Virus record (IMG/VR): IMGVR_UViG_3300029194_000007
Reading direction: 5' to 3' (one strand)
Source of the DNA: a virus
DNA length: 42,455 nucleotides
A program made the translations under genes and the position numbers. Under the pieces are notes generated by a model, which saw nothing but the letters and a program-made list of their open reading frames with translations, had not been told where the DNA came from and did no database searches. Positions 16,019 to 25,853 of this stretch are shown here, one piece after another (the first letter of the stretch is position 1; each line of letters starts with the position of its first letter).

Positions 16019-18014
16019 TTTCCACCATCGATAATTGAATATTATTCCGCTCATAGTCCCATACACCGCTTAGCAGCATGAATCTCTTATTAACCGCTGA
16101 TTTGTCATACAACCGGGTAAACGGATGGATAGAACCATCGTTTTTTATCACCTGCGTTAACTTGATTTGGGTTGCCTTATAGCGGTTAATCACTCGTCTG
16201 ATAAAGGCTTCTTCGGGTCTGACAAGTTTACCCTCAATGACGGAATACAGGTTATCCGTCAAGAAGTCACTCCCCAACAGTGCCTTGCTATAGGAAGCCC
16301 CGTCCGCATTATAAGAGCTTATGCCGAACTCAACTTCGTCAAGTTCGGACATGAACTTATCGTTGACCACGTTCTCATACAAGCGGTCACCATCTTCGCC
16401 TTCATCAATGATCCCGTCTTTCTTCTTGTAATCAAATCGGAAGTCCTTTAAAATGGCGCCGTATGCGATAAAACCGACTTCCAGAGCGACCCTCTGCCTG
16501 CGACAGTACATCGTGAATTCCAATTCCCCGATGATCGGTACGTCCGATGGAAGAGTGATGATGTGCCCGGACAGTCCGCTATATGGCATATCGGGCGTTT
16601 TCGTGCTCTTCACATTCGCCCAGTTCTTGATATTGTCCGTTTCGAAAACGATTTCAAACCGGACGAATGAGGATTGCCATCCACTGCCGTTCCAATACTT
16701 ATCCCCGATTTTAAGGGAGCATGCGTAAGGGATATTGGCAGAGATATTCATATCACCGTCATAGATATAGTTCATGCGGCTGTCGGAGGGGAAACGCATG
16801 CTTCCCGATATACCGATGGCACCGTCCTTCCAGACCGCATTAGGACCCCTCATCGTAAAGGCAGGCAGGGTTTCCTTCTGGTATTCGTCAAAAACCATCA
16901 CGCCATCTACCGTAGCAGACCGCATCTGAATGCTGTCAGCCCAATTATAATCCCCCGGCGGGTCTCCGCCACCGGTGAACAACGCTTCCTTCATCAGGAC
17001 AGCCCCGAATATGTTATCGTTAATATTAGTACTCAGTATGGTTTCGTGGCGGTTCTGATCGTAGTAATACATCTTCCATTCCTTCGGTTTCAGAAACCTC
17101 TTGATGTCATACTTATCCTTATCGCTATAACTCGAACCGCCCGCCCATTCCAGGTTGTCGTAATCCTCATTAACCACCAAGTCCTCAAACACATTGTTGA
17201 CGGATTTGACTGTCACCTTATTATAACCGGGCAAAACGTCAATGGTGTTGTCACTGCCGGCGAAGCCGATATCCTGCAATGTGGCATCATTCACCGACAC
17301 CATTGTGTAAGATGTCAATGCCTCGTTATACTTGCGATACTGACCGGTATAGTCCGCATCGATGATATACAGGCTGCCTTCGTAATCATACAGCGTCCAT
17401 GAAAAGAACTGCATAAGATAGGTCAATACTTCATCCAGCATCAATTCGTCTGAGGTAAAGTTCTCTTCCGCGAATCTGAGTTTATCCAATACGTTCTCGC
17501 CTGAAGAGTAAGCAGCGGAGGAAGACGCATACACATAAGGGATATATACGGACTCATAGCCACCATGGGCGGAAGATATAAGGTATCTTAGCAACTCCAT
17601 TGCGGTGATGAATCCCGATTCTGTCTGCTGCTCATACTTAATGTTTTCAAGTGTGGCTATGGCACTGACGCAGTCAATCTCTATGGCATCCACTACAGGT
17701 GCATAAGATTGCGTGAATTGCTCGGGGGTGATATATCCTGTCCATAGCATCCTACTATCCTTGTACAATTTCACCGAAGCATATTGATTATCTATGCTAA
17801 ACAGGTCCAATAGCAAAGTTTCTGCATTAATGGATACAGAGGCCGTAGATGTCCTTATGGGCTTGTAAATGAATTCCTCATCATCTCCTGTAACGACAAA
17901 TGCCGATGGAGCAGCTCTTAATTCTACTGTTTCCCCACTATAGTCTTTTGCGGAAATTATAATTTCCAAACGCTCTCCATCGTAGTTAAAAAATGGAATT
18001 CTATATTTTTGCAT
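16011..18014 (-). CDS. Tail tip protein (Dit/Tal-like by position)
   Basis: 667-aa ORF directly after the tape measure gene. The assignment rests on position only. Confidence 0.55.
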   Translation of the reverse strand: MQKYRIPFFNYDGERLEIIISAKDYSGETVELRAAPSAFVVTGDDEEFIYKPIRTSTASVSINAETLLLDLFSIDNQYASVKLYKDSRMLWTGYITPEQFTQSYAPVVDAIEIDCVSAIATLENIKYEQQTESGFITAMELLRYLISSAHGGYESVYIPYVYASSSAAYSSGENVLDKLRFAEENFTSDELMLDEVLTYLMQFFSWTLYDYEGSLYIIDADYTGQYRKYNEALTSYTMVSVNDATLQDIGFAGSDNTIDVLPGYNKVTVKSVNNVFEDLVVNEDYDNLEWAGGSSYSDKDKYDIKRFLKPKEWKMYYYDQNRHETILSTNINDNIFGAVLMKEALFTGGGDPPGDYNWADSIQMRSATVDGVMVFDEYQKETLPAFTMRGPNAVWKDGAIGISGSMRFPSDSRMNYIYDGDMNISANIPYACSLKIGDKYWNGSGWQSSFVRFEIVFETDNIKNWANVKSTKTPDMPYSGLSGHIITLPSDVPIIGELEFTMYCRRQRVALEVGFIAYGAILKDFRFDYKKKDGIIDEGEDGDRLYENVVNDKFMSELDEVEFGISSYNADGASYSKALLGSDFLTDNLYSVIEGKLVRPEEAFIRRVINRYKATQIKLTQVIKNDGSIHPFTRLYDKSAVNKRFMLLSGVWDYERNNIQLSMVENG

Positions 18015-18023
18015 AATATCTAT

Positions 18024-21000
18024 TTATGGAAATTTCTTACCGATTTTTTTTGCGTGATTGGAAATCTGCAACCAGGCATCACTTCCCCTTATCACCGCCC
18101 TTCCGCCAACCTCCACCTTTATCCGGCTGACAGAACCTCCCCCTATCATATCTTTCAGTTTGCTTAACGGAGCAATGACCTCCGGATTGCTGCTTGCCCC
18201 CGGATATTCGCCAACCTCGGCTAATGTGCGTCCTGAGACAATACCACCATTGGCAAACTGAGGGACATTAGATGCTGCCGTGATCAGCGATTGCATCGCT
18301 GCTATCTGACCGGAAGCAAGTCCTACACCGGCAAACGGAATGGATGCATACGCTGCTGTCGACTTTGCCGCCATTTCTGTTGTGGCAGCTTGAGTTTTAG
18401 CCTTACTCGTAGCTATCTCTATAGCTGCGGCAGCTTCATTTGCCGCAACTTCTGCTGCTTTTGTGCCAATGATTCCCAGTGCTTCTTCTTCAGCACTTGC
18501 ATTCTCTTCTTTTGCACCACTTAATTTTTTCGCCACTTCCGATATGTTTTCTATGGTTTGGACAACACTCATTATGCTGTCTACCGTATTTATCATGGTA
18601 TTCCATACCGCCATCACTTTTTCCCAAGCAGTTGCATCCTCATCCCCCAATACGTCTTGCATTTGTGAAAATGCATTTACCATTCTATCCGCACTTGATG
18701 CAATATTCTTTACCCCTGAATAGATACCCTCTCTTAACTCCTTACTTAAGTCTTTAATATCCTGCCTCACCTGAGCTATTTTTAATGCCTGCTCCAAATC
18801 AGGAACACCGGCCATAGACTTAGCCAACTCATCATCTAATGTTTTTCCCGCTTTTTGAAACTCTTCCTGCAAATCTTTCGCGTATTCTTTTGCCAAATCC
18901 AGCTTTTCCGAAGCAATATCTACTGCGTTTTTTTTGTAATCAAAAGTCGTATCCCTCTCTTTTACCTTAACAGGGGTACTCATAGTTTGAGCAGTTGCCT
19001 GCATTGCTGCGACGAATGCCTTCCCTTCTATCCCTATATCTTTAATCGCTCCGGCAGTACGAGCGGTTTCTACAGCAAGCCTTTGCAATTCGGATTTATA
19101 TTGCTCCTCTGTCAGTATACCATTCTCTTTTTGAGCCTTTAATTTTTCCAAGGACGCGGAATATTCTTTTTGAATTTTTTCCAACTCTATCGCAGCTTTG
19201 AATTGTCCCATCTGATCTACCGCCTGACGTGCCGCCTCTTGTCTTACCTTGTAAAATTCACTTTCTAATACCTTCCGGTCATTTGACCCACTAGCCTCAG
19301 CATATAACTTTATATTCAACTCTGCCAACGCCTTGTTGTATTCAGTCTGAGAAAGAGAGCCAATCTTAAATTTTGCTTCCAACTCCGATAATTCCTTGGC
19401 TGACTTTTCTTCCAATTTTTGCAACGGTGTTTTTTTATCATTGCTACCGGGACCAACAATATTTCCTGTCCCCGCAGTAGACAAACCGACAGACGATGAA
19501 TTAGCCTTAACAGTAGCCTGTTCAAGCCTTGCGTTAATATCTTTTAATATTCTATTCTGCTCTACAAGTTCTGTGTCATAAGTTTGTATATCTGATCCTG
19601 TCCCTATCTTAAACTTATCACTTGCAATCTTTGTTACTCCTTGCCATAATACAGAAAACGCATTCGCATTTCCTGACGCAACTTCTTCTTTTCTTGCCCC
19701 TTTCTTTCTCTGAATACTCTCTATATTATCCTCTACTTCTAGTTTTTTCTGAGTCAGATAATCTACTTCCGCCGCTGCTTTCAAAAGCTCCACCCTTTCA
19801 GCAAACTTCTTGTTCAAATCTCCCTGAATGGTAAGATTCTTTTCATCAATAGAGTAATTCGTGTTCAGCTGCCTATTTATCTGAGACAAAGCAGATCTTC
19901 TCTCATCAAGATTTCTTTTTAAATCTGTAGCTATCTTATATTGAGTTTGCAGGTTGATTATATCTGATGTATTGGTGCTCTTGTTAAGTTCCGCCTTATA
20001 CTCTGAGAACAAATTCTTAATCCTTTTAGCCTCTTGAGCCATTACTACCAATTTAGCCACAACAGCTCCTATCACGGCTATAATAGCCGTAGGAACCATA
20101 GATATTAAAGCAGCTTTGACAGATTTTGCCGCATTGGAAAACATGGCTTTCATCGTAGAGGATGCTTTTTGAGACCTCCAAGCCACTTCATCGAATGACT
20201 GACCAGCTGCTTTTGCAGCTCGCCTCGCAGCTGCTTTTGCGGCTAATTCCGTCTTTTGAAAAGATACAATCAATTTATTAACAAGCCGACTTGTCACCAA
20301 AACAGCAATAGCTGCAACCACATAGGTAATAACACTCTGAATATTATCTGTCGCTTTCTTTACATACCCGGTAAGCCAATCTATTAGACCTTTGTATTTC
20401 CCTTGAATATCTGTCTCATTAACCAGCTTTGTGAATACATTTTGCAACCGGTTTAATGAGGTTTCCAAATTATCTGTATCCACATTGGGAATCATCTCGT
20501 TTAACGCATCTGCAAACTTCGGTAATACCTCTGCGCTTAACAGTTTCCCTTCTTTCATCAGCCTATCGAGGCCTGCTACACTTGTACCGGCTGCTTTTGC
20601 CATAGCCTGTAAAGCAATGGGCAATCTCTCTCCCATTTGCAAACGCAATTCCTCTGAGCTAATCTTCCCTTTACTCATCATCTGAGACAAGGCTAAAAAA
20701 ACGCCATTACTGTCGTCAGCACTCATACCAAAGGCTGTTGCAGCTCTCGATAGTGACTCGAATATCTTCCTCTGCTCCTGCATAGACATTCCTGAGATAC
20801 TTGCAGCCGCAGTAAACTTCGCATAGTTTCCGGTAAGTGCGTTTATCTCCAATCCGTATTTTTTTGCCAAATCCAATAAATAACGCTGATTGTCTGCAAA
20901 CACAGCCATTGACCCCGATACGTTTTTCAACGCCGTAGTCACTCTATTAGTTGATTTAGCGACTTCTATAAATTTTGTTACAAGATTAGACAATCCTATC

Positions 21001-21140
21001 CCTCCTGCGCCTAGAGCGGCAGCAAAAGTTAAGATTTGAGCCTGCATTGCTTGGAATCCGGCTTTTATCTGATTTGTACCTTTTTTAAAATTTTCTGTCA
21101 GAAAATTAATTGCTATTGAAAACGATAGTTTGCCTGCCAT
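18024..21140 (-). CDS. Tail tape measure protein
   Basis: 1038 aa, Ala/Lys/Glu-rich and alpha-helical, with TM-like central segments. It has a conserved TMP core (SSEELRLQMGERLPIALQAMAKA) and sits after the tail tube and chaperone genes. Confidence 0.85.
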   Translation of the reverse strand: MAGKLSFSIAINFLTENFKKGTNQIKAGFQAMQAQILTFAAALGAGGIGLSNLVTKFIEVAKSTNRVTTALKNVSGSMAVFADNQRYLLDLAKKYGLEINALTGNYAKFTAAASISGMSMQEQRKIFESLSRAATAFGMSADDSNGVFLALSQMMSKGKISSEELRLQMGERLPIALQAMAKAAGTSVAGLDRLMKEGKLLSAEVLPKFADALNEMIPNVDTDNLETSLNRLQNVFTKLVNETDIQGKYKGLIDWLTGYVKKATDNIQSVITYVVAAIAVLVTSRLVNKLIVSFQKTELAAKAAARRAAKAAGQSFDEVAWRSQKASSTMKAMFSNAAKSVKAALISMVPTAIIAVIGAVVAKLVVMAQEAKRIKNLFSEYKAELNKSTNTSDIINLQTQYKIATDLKRNLDERRSALSQINRQLNTNYSIDEKNLTIQGDLNKKFAERVELLKAAAEVDYLTQKKLEVEDNIESIQRKKGARKEEVASGNANAFSVLWQGVTKIASDKFKIGTGSDIQTYDTELVEQNRILKDINARLEQATVKANSSSVGLSTAGTGNIVGPGSNDKKTPLQKLEEKSAKELSELEAKFKIGSLSQTEYNKALAELNIKLYAEASGSNDRKVLESEFYKVRQEAARQAVDQMGQFKAAIELEKIQKEYSASLEKLKAQKENGILTEEQYKSELQRLAVETARTAGAIKDIGIEGKAFVAAMQATAQTMSTPVKVKERDTTFDYKKNAVDIASEKLDLAKEYAKDLQEEFQKAGKTLDDELAKSMAGVPDLEQALKIAQVRQDIKDLSKELREGIYSGVKNIASSADRMVNAFSQMQDVLGDEDATAWEKVMAVWNTMINTVDSIMSVVQTIENISEVAKKLSGAKEENASAEEEALGIIGTKAAEVAANEAAAAIEIATSKAKTQAATTEMAAKSTAAYASIPFAGVGLASGQIAAMQSLITAASNVPQFANGGIVSGRTLAEVGEYPGASSNPEVIAPLSKLKDMIGGGSVSRIKVEVGGRAVIRGSDAWLQISNHAKKIGKKFP

Positions 21141-21141
21141 A

Positions 21142-21891
21142 TTAATCAGATTTACTCTTCCAATTTATTTTATTCATGTCAAATAATTCACCATTGAGGA
21201 ATTTTCGCAATTGCTCTTCATTTTCCTCTATTTCTTTCCTGGCCTTACGCTTTAACTCTTCCATCTCCCAAGGAAATGGGTATAATTCCCGGGGAGAAGA
21301 AATCTTCTTTCCATCTATATGAGGAAGTATTGATATGTAAGTCCATAGCCTGGCACTTTCCATCTCTTCCTTACGTTTTTTTTCATAAGCCTCTATATAC
21401 AATGGCAGATCACATAATGACATTTCCTCAGTCGCATAATGAGCGTCTAACCCACCCATTACCAACATAGATACTATCTCACCAATACTACACGACAAGG
21501 TCGCATCCGATGGTACATCATCAGCTACTTTATCCTTTTGAAATTGAGCCATTATACCCATTGCCTTCTCAAGCCTCAACATCATATCCTTGAAAATTCC
21601 ATCATTTTCCAATGCTGTCCTAAATACCTCAAACGTATAAGGAGTACTATCTACATTCATCACGTAGAGCAATGCATCTATATCTTCCTTTGACGAATAG
21701 TCCATCTGGGAGAAAGGTTTCTTCATCAGCTGTTCCCATCTGATTACCATTCTTACAGTGTATTTCTGAAAAACAGCATTCTTCATCGTTTTTTTAGACG
21801 GAACCGGCTGTTTCTCCCTTTTTAAAGCCCACTTTATAAAAAAAGGAAGAAGTATAATCCAGCTAATAGCCAATATTATAATCAATTCCAT
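21142..21891 (-). CDS. Tail assembly chaperone-like protein (by position)
   Basis: 249-aa ORF between the tail tube and the tape measure. An alternative start is M36 (21786). No separate frameshifted partner ORF was seen. Confidence 0.5.
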   Translation of the reverse strand: MELIIILAISWIILLPFFIKWALKREKQPVPSKKTMKNAVFQKYTVRMVIRWEQLMKKPFSQMDYSSKEDIDALLYVMNVDSTPYTFEVFRTALENDGIFKDMMLRLEKAMGIMAQFQKDKVADDVPSDATLSCSIGEIVSMLVMGGLDAHYATEEMSLCDLPLYIEAYEKKRKEEMESARLWTYISILPHIDGKKISSPRELYPFPWEMEELKRKARKEIEENEEQLRKFLNGELFDMNKINWKSKSD

Positions 21892-21902
21892 ATATCTTAT
21901 TT

Positions 21903-21927
21903 AAAAAAAGCGGTCTGTAAAACCGCC
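21903..21927 (-). terminator. Intrinsic terminator after the major tail gene
   Basis: The minus strand reads GGCGGT-tttacag-ACCGC followed by TTTTTTTAA. Confidence 0.6.
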
Positions 21928-21944
21928 TTCTTTGTTACTTAAAA

Positions 21945-22421
21945 TTATGCACCGGCACCGTCTTCTAACGGCCCTGTACCTTGAAGCGTTACAGAGCTTG
22001 TACAGATCGCCCCATTGTCAGCCTTCATTGACAATGCAGTAATAATCGCATTACCTTTGACATACTCTTCCCCTTTAGGAAAATCGCCTTCAGATTCCTC
22101 TGTTTTAGCGATTACAAATGGAATCGGCGTGCGCTTCTTCATTAATTCCTTTAACGTCACGAATGACAAGTGCCCCGTTTTTAAAGACAACATACTTTCA
22201 CTGGATACAGTATAACCTAACTGCCCTGTCAGGTATTCCTTCCAGTTACCCGACATCTTGTTACTGGTATCAATTGTATCTGCACTAATATCAATGCCAC
22301 ACGATGTGCCGAAGGCAATCGGAACCACCTCTTTCTGCAATTCCTTGGTGACTTCTACAAACAACATCAACTTATCACCGACAACCATGTCCTTGCTTGA
22401 ATCATACTTTTTTTCTGCCAT
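21945..22421 (-). CDS. Major tail (tube) protein
   Basis: 158-aa ORF at the canonical position. It is flanked by a repeat motif upstream and a terminator downstream, which suggests high expression. Confidence 0.65.
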   Translation of the reverse strand: MAEKKYDSSKDMVVGDKLMLFVEVTKELQKEVVPIAFGTSCGIDISADTIDTSNKMSGNWKEYLTGQLGYTVSSESMLSLKTGHLSFVTLKELMKKRTPIPFVIAKTEESEGDFPKGEEYVKGNAIITALSMKADNGAICTSSVTLQGTGPLEDGAGA

Positions 22422-22437
22422 AATATTTAAATTTGAG

Positions 22438-22471
22438 TTATATCACTAACCAAAATTTTGTATGACAAAAC
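22438..22471 (-). promoter_or_regulatory. Repeated late-gene motif, copy M1
   Basis: The minus strand reads GTTTTGTCATACAAAATTTTGGTTAGTGATATAA, 16 nt before the major tail ATG. Confidence 0.5.
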
Positions 22472-22499
22472 AGAAAAAGGATGCTGAAATTAGCATCCT
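22471..22499 (-). terminator. Intrinsic terminator after the 22506-22880 gene
   Basis: The minus strand reads AGGATGCT-aatttc-AGCATCCT followed by TTTTTCTGTTTTG. Confidence 0.6.
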
Positions 22500-22505
22500 C
22501 TTTGC

Positions 22506-22880
22506 TCACAATGAACTAATAGAAAACTGAAGGACTTGAACATACTTGTTATCGACATAATCCTCGGTCGAATCTTCTAGATGAATCGTCATTGTGGGAT
22601 TTTTAAAACTGCCTTCAAGCTCTGAATATATCAATGAGGCAATTTTATTGCTCCTATCATAATTATCACTAATCACGCTTACATAAACTATAGGTATCTG
22701 TCGAGCGACCCCCATCTTACTATATTCTTGCCGATACCCGTCACGCTGGTATACTATAAAATCGCCATCTGTCCCATCAGGAGCCACTATCGGATATATT
22801 TTTTGACCGATAACATCCTTAATTGAAGCTGAAGCCAACAGTATTCCACGTATTTCCGTGGTTATTCCAAACATATTCAT
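22506..22880 (-). CDS. Tail completion / tail terminator-like protein
   Basis: 124-aa ORF between the gp10-like protein and the tail tube (DUF3168-like position). Confidence 0.5.
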   Translation of the reverse strand: MNMFGITTEIRGILLASASIKDVIGQKIYPIVAPDGTDGDFIVYQRDGYRQEYSKMGVARQIPIVYVSVISDNYDRSNKIASLIYSELEGSFKNPTMTIHLEDSTEDYVDNKYVQVLQFSISSL

Positions 22881-22882
22881 AA

Positions 22883-23314
22883 CTATCTCCTCTCGTTAAT
22901 CCGTTGGATTGCTTTTTTCAAGCCTTCGTACAGATATTGTGTCGCTTTTACCTCTTCTGATTTACGCGCATCGGACCAAAAGTTATTGCCAGGCATAATG
23001 CCGGAAGTGCCGGTAAGTGGATGAGGACGTTTTCGCGTTCCCATGTCTACAAGATGCGCATGAGCACCCGATTGTGTGAAGCCCGATAACGCACCTAACT
23101 TACGTCTCTTTACACGCGTTGTGAAGGAACTTTCCAAATTGCCCGTAACCTTGCCTGTCTTACGCATCCTTGCCCGAAGGTTGGTTTTCCCTTTGCGCAT
23201 AAAAACAGATGCGGCAGATCTTAACCCGCTACGAATTGCCTTATCTTTTTCAAAATCTTCTAAATTTCGGACAAGATAATTAATATTTTCCCGGTCTATT
23301 ACTTTTAGCTCCAT
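22883..23314 (-). CDS. HK97 gp10-family head-tail joining protein
   Basis: 143 aa with the pattern KGKTNLRARMRKTGKVTGNLESS...AHLVDMGTRKR, typical of the gp10 family. Confidence 0.65.
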   Translation of the reverse strand: MELKVIDRENINYLVRNLEDFEKDKAIRSGLRSAASVFMRKGKTNLRARMRKTGKVTGNLESSFTTRVKRRKLGALSGFTQSGAHAHLVDMGTRKRPHPLTGTSGIMPGNNFWSDARKSEEVKATQYLYEGLKKAIQRINERR

Positions 23315-23316
23315 AG

Positions 23317-23640
23317 TTACGTATCTACCCTCCCAAGAGTTAAAATCAAGGTATTATCCCTTTGAGGATCTATCATTTTAATCTCATATATATTATTCAT
23401 ATATACAACCCTTTGTGAATCCTTAATAATGGGATATGCCCTAATCTGGAATACGATAGTCCTGCCGATAAACTGCTCCATTGCACTGATACCATCCTTA
23501 TCTACAACCAATGACATCTTTCTCCTATATCCTTTGCAGCGGAACACTTCTTCGTATTCCTTCACTACAAAACCCGTTTCAGACTGATGCTCTCTCAGTT
23601 CTTTGAATACTAATATCTCTCGCAATAGCCCGGCTCTCAT
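23317..23640 (-). CDS. Head closure / head-tail adaptor protein
   Basis: 107-aa ORF at the canonical position after the gp6-like connector. Confidence 0.55.
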   Translation of the reverse strand: MRAGLLREILVFKELREHQSETGFVVKEYEEVFRCKGYRRKMSLVVDKDGISAMEQFIGRTIVFQIRAYPIIKDSQRVVYMNNIYEIKMIDPQRDNTLILTLGRVDT

Positions 23641-23951
23641 AAACTATAATCCCGATAAAGTTCCAATATATGCTTAGTTCCCTGTTCCAATGGATTACTC
23701 TTTACAGTAATTATGTCCTCTCTATAAGCATAGTATCCCCCGACAGATAACAAGATAGCCTGCTTCAATGGAGCCGGAATGTCTCCGGTATCATCCAAGT
23801 CAGCAAGTTCTTCTACTGTGATGCACAACTCCTTGGCGATTTTTGCTTCGGAAACTTCTATCAAGGATTCGATATACGAATCCTCATCCGTATACGAATC
23901 CTCAATATTCAAGTGCATCTTAGCCATCTCCAGAGTCACGTACTTACCCAT
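23637..23951 (-). CDS. gp6-like head-tail connector protein
   Basis: 104 aa. The N-terminus MAKMHLNIEDSYTDEDSYIESLIEVSEAKI matches the gp6-like connector pattern. Confidence 0.65.
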   Translation of the reverse strand: MGKYVTLEMAKMHLNIEDSYTDEDSYIESLIEVSEAKIAKELCITVEELADLDDTGDIPAPLKQAILLSVGGYYAYREDIITVKSNPLEQGTKHILELYRDYSL

Positions 23952-23952
23952 A

Positions 23953-25206
23953 TCATTTCAATGATGCAATTGTAAATGACTCCTTACGAATCATTCCCAT
24001 ATTCCAATAAGAATTAATCACTAATCTTACCAATCCTTTAGTTGCCTGAGTATATGGGTCCACCGTCATATCAATAGCACCCCATTGTCCCAAGAAATAA
24101 TCAGCCCAATTACCGAACACGATGCCAAATTCATCACTGCCCTCTCCCAATTCTTTAGGTATATTATTCGTTCTTAATGCACGATACCCATTCAGCATCC
24201 CTTGACCGTCATTGCCAAAAATGAAGCCTCCTGCACCTGATGAATCCTTAACTTTAGTTTTGGCTTTTCCAATCAAACTTGGATTCATAACATACGCTAA
24301 ATTTCCAAACAATGCATTGTTTACATCCGCTGCCGTTTCCATAGCAACAATCTGCCCCCATGACATATCACCTTTTATCGTATTGCTAACATTAGCTTCC
24401 TGGAATATACCATCAGGAACATTATCGGCATGAACGTCTTTCGCAAATGCTGTTTTCTCGATTTTTTGAGCAATAGCAATTGCCATTAATTGACGAATCA
24501 ATCCTTCCACGTCTCTATTTTCCTGGATAAGCAGCTGTTTTGACAGGTCAACGTATGCGGTCAATCTCTTAGGAGTAAACAGATTGCCTTTTTTAAACAC
24601 CCCGGCACCATCTTTTGCCTCCTCATTCTCACCTTCCCAAAATACATTAGTAGCAGAATGTTCCGGCCAATATATATTTCCCACTAACCCCGTCATCATA
24701 CGCACACCTGCCTGCGAAAGCACAAGGTTAGATTCCAACGGAAGAAGCAACTCCTGCTGTTCTTCATCGATAACAACACCGGTTGCTTTCTCTGTAGCCG
24801 CCGTATACGCTGCGCGTTTTGCATAACTTAAAGGGATGATCAACTCACCGCTGTCTTCTGTAGTAGCTGCTACAGAACGGTGAAGTTTAGTCGCTTCTTC
24901 AATGACAGCCGCCTCACTATCTCTCTGTTCGGTTTTGTTCATTTGTGCCAAAATCGCGCGACGAAGTGAGAACTGTTCAATAGATTGCCGGGGACCAAAC
25001 ACATGGCTACTACGATTTTCAAGCTCCCTTTCATCAATTTCAATGTTAATTTCAGCCATGCGAACCTGATTTGCGCCCAGTTCTTCATTCTCCTCAGCTG
25101 TAAACTGTCTCTGCTCACCTTTTGCCTTCGCAATGATTTCCTTTGAACGAGATTGCAATTGCTTTTTTTCGTCCTTTAATTCGGTGATACTTTTTTCTTT
25201 TGCCAT
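23953..25206 (-). CDS. Major capsid protein, HK97 fold
   Basis: 417 aa with an N-terminal coiled-coil delta-like region. It sits directly after the prohead protease. Confidence 0.85.
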   Translation of the reverse strand: MAKEKSITELKDEKKQLQSRSKEIIAKAKGEQRQFTAEENEELGANQVRMAEINIEIDERELENRSSHVFGPRQSIEQFSLRRAILAQMNKTEQRDSEAAVIEEATKLHRSVAATTEDSGELIIPLSYAKRAAYTAATEKATGVVIDEEQQELLLPLESNLVLSQAGVRMMTGLVGNIYWPEHSATNVFWEGENEEAKDGAGVFKKGNLFTPKRLTAYVDLSKQLLIQENRDVEGLIRQLMAIAIAQKIEKTAFAKDVHADNVPDGIFQEANVSNTIKGDMSWGQIVAMETAADVNNALFGNLAYVMNPSLIGKAKTKVKDSSGAGGFIFGNDGQGMLNGYRALRTNNIPKELGEGSDEFGIVFGNWADYFLGQWGAIDMTVDPYTQATKGLVRLVINSYWNMGMIRKESFTIASLK

Positions 25207-25211
25207 AAAAA

Positions 25212-25802
25212 TTAAATATTAAATGTTTTTTCTATGTTACGGTAATACTCATCGGGTATGGTTGCTTTTTTAAGCAGTTCTTCTTCTGCTAACTCTTTCC
25301 CCCTCATATAAACTGAGGTTTTACTATATGCGGCATTGTATACAGGAGAAACATCGTACAGATTTCCAATCTTATGGACCGTACGCTTCCATGTATTATC
25401 ACTTTTTTTCTCCCATGTGTCTTTTTCCACATCGAAGCAAAATGAACTGGCTGATATCTCCCCCCTCCTTATATTCTCCAACAGTTCTTCACCCAGTGCT
25501 GTCTTAGGAGCCTCAAAACGATACTTTAATCCCTTTTCGTCCACCTTTAAAACTAAGGAACCGTTTCCACCATTGCTCCTAGCCAAAATACCACGATTTT
25601 GGGAGTGATTCAGCAACGCAAAAACATCGCTTTTCTCCAAAACCCCATCCAAAGCACCTCGCTCTATAACCTCCTCGAAATATAACCCGTCCGATGGAGT
25701 GTTAAAAAGAACAGCATACCCTTCAACCGTGCGCTTTTCCTCGCTTTCTCCGGTTACTTGAACCTGATAAGCCGTATTTCTTATTTCTTTTTTTTCGTCC
25801 AT
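25212..25802 (-). CDS. Prohead protease (HK97 / S78 family)
   Basis: The start is taken at MDEKKEIRN (25802). The pattern EGYAVLFNTPSD...ERGALDGV...LLNH is typical of HK97-type prohead proteases. Confidence 0.8.
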   Translation of the reverse strand: MDEKKEIRNTAYQVQVTGESEEKRTVEGYAVLFNTPSDGLYFEEVIERGALDGVLEKSDVFALLNHSQNRGILARSNGGNGSLVLKVDEKGLKYRFEAPKTALGEELLENIRRGEISASSFCFDVEKDTWEKKSDNTWKRTVHKIGNLYDVSPVYNAAYSKTSVYMRGKELAEEELLKKATIPDEYYRNIEKTFNI

Positions 25803-25811
25803 TCCTGTAAC

Positions 25812-25845
25812 TTTTATCACTAACCAAAGAATTGTATGACAAAAC
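25812..25845 (-). promoter_or_regulatory. Repeated late-gene motif, copy M2
   Basis: The minus strand reads GTTTTGTCATACAATTCTTTGGTTAGTGATAAAA, 9 nt before the protease ATG. Confidence 0.5.
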
Positions 25846-25853
25846 AAGAAAGA

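Noticed and set aside
16674-17402. 242-aa + strand ORF inside the tail-tip gene
   Set aside because: It is antisense to a 667-aa gene in a co-directional operon. Its composition is Arg/His/Ile-rich and typical of antisense frames.
21142-21891. Programmed -1 frameshift (G/GT-type) in the tail chaperone gene
   Set aside because: It is expected by analogy with other long-tailed phages. However, only one continuous 249-aa ORF lies between the tail tube and the tape measure, and I could not identify a convincing slippery heptamer with a downstream overlapping frame by eye.
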